Shown here: piece after piece, positions 54,800-64,000 of the stretch | How positions within the stretch are numbered: the first letter of the stretch is position 1 | How the letters are laid out: the number at the start of each line of letters is the position of its first letter | Assembly: GCA_964187785.1 (NCBI GenBank) | Contig: OZ076409.1 | Coordinates: 48,858,001 to 48,922,000 of the forward strand | From: Amphiscolops sp. MND2022 | Lineage: Eukaryota | Direction: 5' to 3' | DNA: 64,000 nucleotides | Notes under the pieces: generated by a model | Databases searched by the model: none | What the model saw: only the letters and a program-made list of their open reading frames with translations | What the model was told of the DNA's origin: nothing | Translations under genes and position numbers: made by a program

Positions 54800-55447
54800 T
54801 GGAGTGAAACGCGACTATTATAGTGACTCTTTTTTTTCTATCCACACGAACTGACCAAAATAGTTCTTAAAAGTTCTACAAAATATTATTGCACCAAATT
54901 GCAAAATTTGGCCTAGCGAACTGAACCAAAAGGGTTTTTCCTGTTTTTCCGCGTAACATACCATATCAGGCGAGACCGAAGTGTCCCCCCTTCCATTTTT
55001 TTTCGGCACTGCGAGACTTTTTTTCCGGAATTTTTTTCCCCAAAGGGTCCCCCCTTCAATTTTTTTGCTGTTTTGCGACACAATGGATGTTGGAAAATCT
55101 CAAAGGGTCCCCCCTTTCAGTTTTTTTCGGCACTGTGAGATTTTTTTCCGAAAATAAAAATTTTTCTTTTTTCAATTTTTTGATGTTTTGCGACAAAACC
55201 CCTTCAACTGCGACAAAAATGTTGACAATTTCGGAAGTGTCCCCCTTTCAGCGCGCCAGGGGCTCGTGCTAGCGGGCCCCGGCGCGCCACTCGGTCCATT
55301 TTTTGAGTATGTAATTTTTTCGAAAAATTTTTATCGTAAATTTTTTGATTTTCGAGTACTGTAAAAGAGAATACTTGACGCTTGGAAGTCGTTTTGCTAT
55401 TTTTGAGCCTTGGATATGGCGCCGACTTGGGCCTGTCCCGGCTTGTT
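54800..55447 (+). mobile_element. Interspersed repeat family copy (Helitron-like end ...GGCGCCGACTTGGGCCTGTCCCGGCTTGTT)
   Basis: Reverse complement matches the block aacaagccggg..cggccca.gtcggcgccatatc.aaggctcaaaaatagcaaaa at about 57990 and a related block at about 57458; internal TTTTCGGCACT.GCGA repeats. Confidence 0.7.
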
Positions 55448-56199
55448 TGTCTCAGTGTGATGTAACAGTATACGATACTTACCGCATTGCCATGTTATCT
55501 CTTAAGAATGAATTGCAACAGAACCTTTCAGAAGGTAAATAAACAACACAACCAATCCTGTTGTTCATGCTACTCAATGATTGTTTCATTCGCTCTTTCG
55601 TCAGTCATTTCAAAGTTTCAGTCTAAAAACATTTTTTGTTGGTTCATTACTGCTATTACGAGCGAATATTGTCTTATTCGTATGCAGATTTTATGCTTTC
55701 AGCAGCTTTACGGTTTGCAAATTTTGGCCAGTTGGTGTTCACTCAACGGAATTCACTGTGTGCATCATGTTCCAGCAGCTTTTTTGAAAAAAAAATAGCA
55801 TCAACTGATATCTATATGTCTACCTTGACAGCAACAGAACGAGTTTCGACGGTACTGTGGGGTCTTGTTCCATTTGCGCAACAAGTCTCTCTTCAGTAAA
55901 TTCTGAAAGGAAGATTGCGTGTGAAAGTTATGGAAAGTTTTGGTTTTTTGGGATCTTCAAAAATATAATAAAGATCATTGGCGAAGGTTAACAAAAATGA
56001 GGCTCTTGTCCTTAGCTTCAATCGAATACTTTCAAAAAACTTTCAAAATTTAAATTTTAAATTGATATTATTAAGTGTGAAATCTACTTGAAATATAAAA
56101 ATTTGAAAATACAAAATTTGTCATTCAATTCGAATTGAAACATTTAATAGGGAATGAATTAAGTATTGAATATTGTACATGGGCACTGTCGTCGACCAA

Positions 56200-59100
56200 T
56201 CAAAAGATGTCGTAAAGAGTGCTTTCCAAACGAGAGCGACTGTTTCTCTCATGAATTAGGGTCGTCATTTCCTCTAAAATTGCTTCGAAGTCATTCAGCC
56301 GACTTTTTTGTTCGTCTATAACGCGCAAAGCATGTTCGAGTGTTTCTTTGGCCGAATGAAGTTTGTTTTTGTCTGCTAAAACTTCTGAAGCACAGCGGGA
56401 TTCGAACTCGGCTAAAGCACTCAAGTCTGTTTGTGGAATAGCCAACTGTTGCGGACCTTTGAATCTTCGCATGAAAAGTAGCTTCAGGAAGGATTCCAAA
56501 ATAGAAAACGGAGGCGGGAGAATTGTCTTCAGACTGTATTCTCTTTCCATGCAGAAATTTTCTGTTTTCCACTCAAAATCTGACCTGTTTAAAATTCAGC
56601 TTTTAGACAGAACAAATACAAAGTAGTTTCAGCACAGCGGCTACTTTTAAAACGTTTACTGTAGCTGTTATGGTCATTTTTCAAAAAATTTCTTTTGAAA
56701 GGTTAAAATTGTTAGAATGTCAGCAATTTAAAAGCAAATTGAACGTTATGTGTTTTATGAGCTAAAAACTCATTTTATATGAAATATTTGAACACGACTC
56801 AACTTAAATATCTCAATTTTTGAAAAACTCCCGAGACTTTAAGTTTAGTTGCAATTAGGCTTAGAGTTAACTTGTGCTAAACTAACTGTTCGAAAATGTG
56901 TTTGAATATTTCGTTGAAGATGGCAATGAGAAGATTGAGAATGAGGGCGTTGCCTAGCCATAGCAGCCCGACCAGTAACCACGAGTAGGCCGTGACGAAA
57001 GACTCCTGGGTAGACTCTCTCTTGTCTGAATTGTCCTTCACTATCTTGATGAACCTCTCCCCGTTGAACATGAAGTAAGGTCGCAGGATGTACCATTGAA
57101 GACTGCCACTGTACGGGTCATCGTATTCGTACACGTCCATGCAAACCTGTGTGAAATAAGAAGAAAGGTAACGGTTTTCAGAAATACTGTGAAAATTATA
57201 TGAATGTACGGGAAAATTGTATCTTAACTTTTTGAACAAAGTATTGAGCAAGTTTGTTCAGACCGAAACTGGCAAAATGGAACCTGTTTTGATTACCTGT
57301 GAATTCGGTTATGATAAAAGCTTTGAGACTTCACCTAGACTTGATTTGAGCAAAACTATTCAATCTGGTTTCGGAATATGGCACTGAAAAATCCTCTTTT
57401 TATTATACTGGTTCCTATCCAAAGATTATGTAATACAAGGTGTACAATTACTAATTACCCAAGTCGGCGTCATATCTAAGGCTCAAAAATATTCAAGGAA
57501 GAACTGTTTAAAAAAATTTTCAATTATCACACAGTACCAAAAAATACCCGAAAGTTTTCCCCGAAACTCGAAAACAGTTTTTTTCTGAACTGGAAATATC
57601 ATAAAAAACTAACTTGCATTGGAAAAAATTTTTTGATATTTGGTAAAAAAAGTCGTATTTGGTAAAAAAAAGTCGTATATCGCCGAAAAACCCAAAGAGC
57701 GACCCTTTAGGCTCATAAAACGTTTTTTACAAACCGAAAGCTTCGAAAACATCCTAAGTGTACCCTTTGAAAGAACTGAACAATTTTCCGAAAAATCGCA
57801 TAGTGCCGAAAAAAACCCAAAGGCCGTTCCCTTTGGTCTCCCCTCTACTTTTGGAAGCATAAGAAAATTTTGTGGTTTAGTGCGAGACTCACGCTCTCCT
57901 GCTTCTCAGACCCCAGAAAATTAGCCGACCAAAGAGTTGAACAAATTAACAAAAAAAAGTGGAACAATCGCATTTAAGTGACGAAAAAAAACAAGCCGGG
58001 AACGGCCCACGTCGGCGCCATATCTAAGGCTCAAAAATAGCAAAAGGACTTCAAAGTGTCAAAGTATTATCTTCTACAGTACCCGAAAAACTCAAAAGTT
58101 GTACCGAATTGGCGCACCAGGGGGGACACTTTGAGATGTTTCATCCATTGTGTCGCAAATCATCAAAAAAAATTGAAGGGGGACCCTTTGGGGAATTTTT
58201 CGAAAAAAAGTCTCACAATGCCGAAAATACTCTAAGGGAGTACCCTTTGGTCCCGTTAAGTTTCTTAGATGATTGTAAAAATGCGTTGCAAGCTTTTGTG
58301 CAATTATTTATAAATTTGGTTCCTGCTAAAATTCATGAATCATGAAAATTGTAAAAAGTGGACCATTCAGAGTGAGGTTGTCAACTGAAAAAAAAACTAC
58401 CCGCTGTAGTAGTCGGGTTATTTTCCTTCAGGGAAAAGGCGCCGACTAAAAACCAGTCACTGTAAGAGTCGTGCATTTTCTTCGAAAACGCCGACTAAAA
58501 AGACTAGCATTTTGTAACAACACAGAATGTATCGGAAACGTTTCGCCTAAGATCTAAATAGGCGGTACTTAAAAAGGTCAAAGAGACCCCTTTACTAGTT
58601 TATATTTCTATTTTACTTGAAAAGCAGCATGAGACCAAAGCTCAAAGGCACCCTCCGAAAGGTTTAACACTCTCGCTTCCTGTAACCCCCAATTATATAA
58701 CCTGCGCGGCAATGCCAGCGGAGATGGTGATGATGCCGAAGACTGTGAGGAATAGGGCGGTCTCTATCAGCATCTTGCGTACCATGATCCAGAGGGGACC
58801 CATCTTTGAGTTGATGATGAAGAAGGAGATGAGGCGGATCCAGGCCAAGAAACACGAGATACAGTAACAACAGTGTGACTCTCTCATGTATACACCGCTA
58901 ATGTTGCCCTATAGAAAAAAGTTAAATTTCACTCACTGAAAAAAATTCTAATCACCTTAAAATGCAACCAGAGGAACAAAAAGAATGTTGATTATGGACA
59001 CTTTTTAATCAATATTTGTTTTCTTTTCAATATGATGCATAACGTTATAGAATTAGTTTCATTATACTACATAGTTTTTTCCTCAGCCCAGTTTTATCCA

Positions 59101-60271
59101 GTACACCAAAACGTCCTCACCAAATGTCCCCACTGAATCAATGAGTCAAAAATGAACTGTGTATTATTAAATTGCTGCATTCAATCATTGAGTAACTTCT
59201 ACGTCATGATCTATTGAAGCCTTAGTTGCGCGTCGACTTGAGCCGTTCCATATTTCTTCCAATTCAGACCGATTCTAGGTTTTGGTACGATATCGCAGCA
59301 ACATTGCAATAAAATCGATGTTTCGACAATAACTTAGGAATATTGAAATGACGTCACAAATCGCAAACTGGCATTTCGAAAAATTACCGTTGATGGACAA
59401 GTTTTTTCGCTTCCATGTATGAAATATTATGGAAATAACCGAACTTGTTCTTTTTTTGATCTGAAGCTTTTTCATGTTTTTTGGACCCATGCATCCGATG
59501 TTATTTTTTAACATATTGAACTCAGAGTTAGAAATTTCACAATTGCTTTGCTTGCTTTTCCATTCGCTTAATTCCAATGATCCTTCAACCCCATTTATAG
59601 TCTACAGGCTACTTAAAAATATATATATTTTTTCAATTTTCCGTTTCCTTTTCAGACGAGAAGCAAATATAAGTTACTTGGAGACCAGCAGTCTAAACTT
59701 AATATTTCTTCACCTAAATATCAATATTATCCTGAAAACTGTTCCAAGCATCATAAATTTTTGGCATTACGTCATTACAACTGTGCCGCCCTACTAACAT
59801 GTACGGTAGACAATTTGACCAGGAATGCATTTATTCCCAGAATAGTACTGAGCGCTCCCATGGAGTTCCACTCGCTCTGGAACCAGAGTTGCAGTCTGTA
59901 TTTGATGGATAACCTCGGAGCCAGAAACAACTCCAGATACTGGATTAGGAACCCGATGTTAAATGAAAGAATGACAAATTCTCCTAACACCAAATGGTCT
60001 GTTCTTGTCTCATAGATCACGGCCCAGGAAAAGAGACCCAAAAAGAAGAAGTATGAGAGTAGGTTAAGGTTATACTTGAAGATAGAAGAGTTGTAGAACT
60101 TGCTACAAACTGTGACAATCTCGTAGGATTTCTTTTTGGGAGGGCAGCTGGGCCCCAGCGAGATTTCGGGAAGGGCAGATGATATGGCTTCGTTTATGGA
60201 AGAGGAGTTTATGGCTCCGTTTTGGAGTAAAGTTTCACTAGCGTCCTCTGGAGTTTCGTATTTCAAAGAGT
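56200..60271 (-). CDS. TRPM-like cation channel, transmembrane and C-terminal exons: 60271-59799, 58908-58702, 57146-56887, 56584-56200 (possible further exon 60820-60772; N-terminal exons not located)
   Basis: Phase-consistent GT-AG introns. Pre-S1/S1 KFYNSSIFKYNLNLLSYFFFLGLFSW; S4-S5 WIRLISFFIINSKMGPLWIMVRKML; pore RPYFMFNGE; S6 and TRP box LNLLIAIFNEIF..SDFEWK..EY...LPPPF; C-terminal coiled coil. These are characteristic TRPM motifs. Confidence 0.88.
57445..58500 (-). mobile_element. Two adjacent copies of the repeat family seen at 54800-55447, inside a TRPM intron
   Basis: gtcggcgYcatatctaaggctcaaaaata near 57463 and 58011; GCCGAAAA repeats; gtcact.taa.agtcg end block. Confidence 0.7.
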
Positions 60272-61974
60272 CTAAAAATATACAATGTTAAGAAATTCAA
60301 TTGATTCTGTAATTTGATTTGGAAAAAACTCGGAATTTTTCTTCCCGGTTTGCATTATTTTGAAAAACAATTCTCATATTTATTCAGGAAACTGAAACAC
60401 GGGAAAAGGTTCAGCTAAATCTAATTAATTCATGCGCAATAAAAACAATCGGAAAAGCGGTGGTTAGACACAAAGTCTAATCTACCCAAAATTGCTTTTC
60501 AGTGCTACCAAAAAATCTGAATCTAAAGAAATTAGCTAAAATAAATGATGATATTAAAATATTGATTTGGCTGAATCAAACTGAAAAAAAAAGATGAATT
60601 AGTGTTGATTAAAAATGTTATTTCTACAATACAAAATCCAAACAAAAAATGACGTAAGTTTCTACTTTGGCATCATTTATTGCCCTTGATGTTAGCTGCT
60701 TCTTGGGCCCAATGTCAGTGAAAATTTGATCTCATTAGAAATTAATTTCGGCAAGCTCTGAAATACGTTACCCGGCGATGCTGAAGATTTCTGGTCCTCC
60801 TCTTCAAGTAGAAGAAAAAACTATTAGACTATAGAAAATATAGTTAAAAAGCTAAGGACTAAGCGAATGAGTAAATAAAAGACATGAATTGGAAGTTTTT
60901 GTTCCAAAAATCTATAAGGGGCTAGCTTTCTTCAGAAGGTATTTTAATTTAGATCTTGAAAATTTTTAGGAAGCGTTGAGATGTTGTTATAGGGTTTTGA
61001 TACAGAAAAAGTTGGTTGAATGATGACAGCGAGATGAAAGATTTCAGTGATGGTGTATGGTAGAAGGCTGAAAATCGAAGAGGGACACAAATAATATTAA
61101 AGGCGATACAAATAAACCTACCTCGGATTAAAATACCTGTAAGTGACGAGAAGAAAATAAAGTACTCTTTTACAAACCGTTTCTGTCCACGAGCACAAAA
61201 TCATGAGAAATTAAAAAGCTATGAAGTCGCATTAGCGGTCTGAAGAAGTTCCAAGGTTTCATAAGTCATTTTTTGGTTACACCCACGATGTTCTAGAATG
61301 TTCGAAGCATCAAAGTGATTCCTAACTCGGAAAGCAGAAAATCCCAATGTCAGTTTCAAAATTATAATTGGCATAAATCTAAATCGTACAAGAATATTCT
61401 CCCAGACTTGAGTGCTCAGTCAATTTTTATTGCATGAACAGTTCTATGCATCATATTTTGAACAAAAGTTCACGATATGATACACTGAACTCTTCATGCA
61501 ATAAAAGTTGGCACTTCGAAGCGACCGTAACTGCAACACGTTGGTGCAATTTCAAACATTCCTGGCCGCTTGTTGTCATTTTCAGCAAAAAGGGAAATTC
61601 AAATGATTCAAAACCAGTTTTAGGTTCTATACTGCCAGTTACAATGCTCATTTGGGCAACTATTGAGGGACGGAGATATTGCGCTATTTCCGATTATATC
61701 CGATGTAAATTGTGTTTTATTAGAGAGACGGCGGAGGTTCGAATCTTATTGGTTTCGATATTTTTTTAAATTTTCTAGTTAGTCAAAAACATCTTTCTCT
61801 TGCTTCGTAATTTCTGGGTGGGAAACTCGTTCTTCGAGCCTAAGGAGCCTTTTCTTCTTAAGAAACAAAAAACTTTAGTTTCAGCACAGGAAATGTATTT
61901 TTTCGAATATTTTCACGACATTTTCAAATGTTTCTGGCAATAGCTACGAGTAGCGCTGGTGGAAAACCGAAAAG

Positions 61975-62110
61975 TACGTTCCAATTGGCCTAGAGGTTAA
62001 TGCGAGGTTCTCTGCCTGGTGACGGGGCGTGTGAAACAAGAGTACGAAGGCTCTATTCCCGCGCTAGACGAACCATTGTATGCTTGCAAAGGTAACGGGA
62101 AGAACAAACC
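61975..62110 (+). mobile_element. Possible degenerate tRNA-derived SINE head
   Basis: A-box-like TGGCCTAGAGG (61986) and B-box-like GGCTCTATTCC (62049); no complete cloverleaf. Confidence 0.35.
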
Positions 62111-62622
62111 ACCATTGTTGTAGGTTTTAGTTATTTGTCGGAACTGTGATGATAATTAGAAGGCACTGCAACTACTGAATATTGGATCCTTTTGTTCCTG
62201 AATTTGTTTTCATCTTGGAAGAGGTATTTTCAGTTGAGATTTTCTTTTTACCTTATTTTTTTCCGAAGAATTGTAGTGTTCTTTTTCTGAAGGTGTTTTG
62301 TAACAGTATACGAAAAATATCACAGTGCCACTGCGCCTCTTTTGTTAACGTTTCAGTTAAAAAGAAACGTTTTCCGAGTTATAAGGTCAACTTCGGAGAA
62401 TTTTTAACACTGTGAGATCTATTATAATTTGACTAAAAACCACTCTGAGCATATTTTTTGACTTTGAAAATATGACAGCCGCAGTCTGGCAATTTATGTC
62501 CTTAATGGATGCGTCGACTATTGCTTTTGAAATATCTTATTTCAATAAACAAGACGCCCTCTAAGCACCGGGATATTTTCCACCCTGTTCGCCTTCACCA
62601 ACTGAGTCATAGCTATTTTGGG

Positions 62623-62731
62623 AGGGAATAGGATCTAAAGAATAAGATCTAAAATTTAGTGATTTTAGATCTTATTCCCGCCCTGAAATTTTAGATCTTA
62701 TTCCCTTTTTTGACTTTAGATATTGTTCCCG
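62623..62731. repeat. Cluster of short direct and inverted repeats (GAATAAGATCTAAA / TTTAGATCTTATTCCC), probably subterminal repeats of a TE fragment
   Basis: Five copies in about 110 bp, two in one orientation and three in the other. Confidence 0.6.
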
Positions 62732-64000
62732 CTGTATGCTATTTTAGTTACTTGACTATTTTAGTTACTAGTAGCTATATAAAATAGTCAAGTAATCAAA
62801 AGGTGGAGAGTGTGGAGATTTGGCAAAATTTGGGAAAAAAACGCGTCACAGATCATGATTTTCCTCCCCCATTTATAAAATGTGGGGTCGGAAAATAATA
62901 ATTACCATCTCTGACTGTATTAATGCCTTCGGGCAAGGCTTGCTGCGCACATGTGTCTCACAGTCTATATATGTGCTGACTATACTCACCCTTTAGTTTA
63001 ACTTTTAAAACATGGAACGACTTGAAATCTTCAATCAATTAAATCAGAATCGGATACATAATTTTGTTAAGTTCGATAGTCGCAATCCGCGATACATGGT
63101 AACTTTGTGTAGTCAGTAGTACTACTGTGATGATACCTCGACTGAGTTTAAAGCTTAAACTCAAAAGCGCTTCCTTAAATTATGATAATTAGTAAAGGAA
63201 CACTAGCATAAAAAAGTGTTGTAGCGATTACCTATCGAGTACACGATTTCGAAAATTTCGATGAAAATTTCGTTCAAAGGACTATATCCCCTCTACTGAA
63301 AAGTCATATTCCGCTGGACGGCAGCGTGTCTTTATTCAAGTACCTGCCCACAGAATTGAAGAGAATTTGAGCAAAAGACTCCGGGCAGACCCCAACCGAA
63401 CGAGAAGACTGCAGAAAAACACGGCCGCTGTCAGAAAAAGACTCAAATTTCTGTCAAAACGGACTGAACTTTGTTCTAGCCAGTGCTTTCTTCAGCGAAG
63501 CGTTACAAGACGCTGTGATTACCGAAAATGAGTCAATTGGCTTGACCAAGCATCCGTGCTTGTGTCCCCGGCTAATTGCTGCCTCAAAAGTGCTAATTAT
63601 GTAGTAATTTTCGTATTTTCTTGTTGTAACAGCTCGTGAGCTACTTATTTCGATTTCCTGTGTAACTTCGAAAAAACTTGATTTTTCCTTTCCACCACTT
63701 GCATTTTTTAAAGGCTATCTAAGCGTTGGTTCCGAAGAAAAAGCGTAATGCGCGCTACTGTTAGCAATTACAGACTGGATCAGGCCGGCGAGCACTTCTT
63801 AAGAAGCGGAATCCTCCTCTGACGGGACATTTCTTACCCGAAGGAGGCAAAATGGACTCATGGCCATGGGCGCCTGTCCCGGGCAAATACCCATGCCATG
63901 TGTTCCTCCTGCTCTTATGGTTACGGCGACAATGGTGAGAGCTTGTCGTTACATGGAGAACACATTTTATGGCGACCACAGAGGGATCGCTTCGAAGTGC

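Noticed and set aside
61975..62070. tRNA gene
   Set aside because: A- and B-box-like words are present but there is no proper cloverleaf; kept only as a possible SINE.
63761..63979. GC-richer ORF at the window end
   Set aside because: No recognisable domain in the frames I read and it could not be linked to the TRPM exons.

Overview
AT-rich eukaryotic (probably animal) genomic DNA with GT-AG introns, in three parts. (1) About 1-25,122: a compact gene cluster that looks like one giant DNA mobile element, at least 25 kb, with its left end probably outside the window. Reading the splice sites by hand gives: a RAG1/Transib-like DDE transposase fused to a C-terminal BRCT domain (two 1-nt frameshifts); a degenerate tyrosine-recombinase-like plus SETD8-type SET methyltransferase fusion with a 104-Thr tail; a 3x zinc-finger plus KDM2/KDM7-type JmjC demethylase; a Tudor/chromo-barrel-like protein; two decayed RING genes; and a small protein with two RVxF PP1-docking motifs. 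That is a chromatin writer, eraser and reader set beside a transposase. Its non-coding DNA carries at least 21 copies of a 19-bp motif (TTTGRTCCCTGTCGTGAGC), ten long fold-back palindromes with a single C/G at the centre, and nested hAT and Tc1/mariner-type MITEs. (2) About 25,123-54,640: a roughly 183-bp satellite with a 5-monomer (about 916 bp) higher-order repeat, apparently expanded inside a Helitron-like element. (3) About 54,800-64,000: interspersed repeats and the 3' exons of a minus-strand TRPM-like channel gene. All domain calls come from motif recognition by eye; no database search was run.
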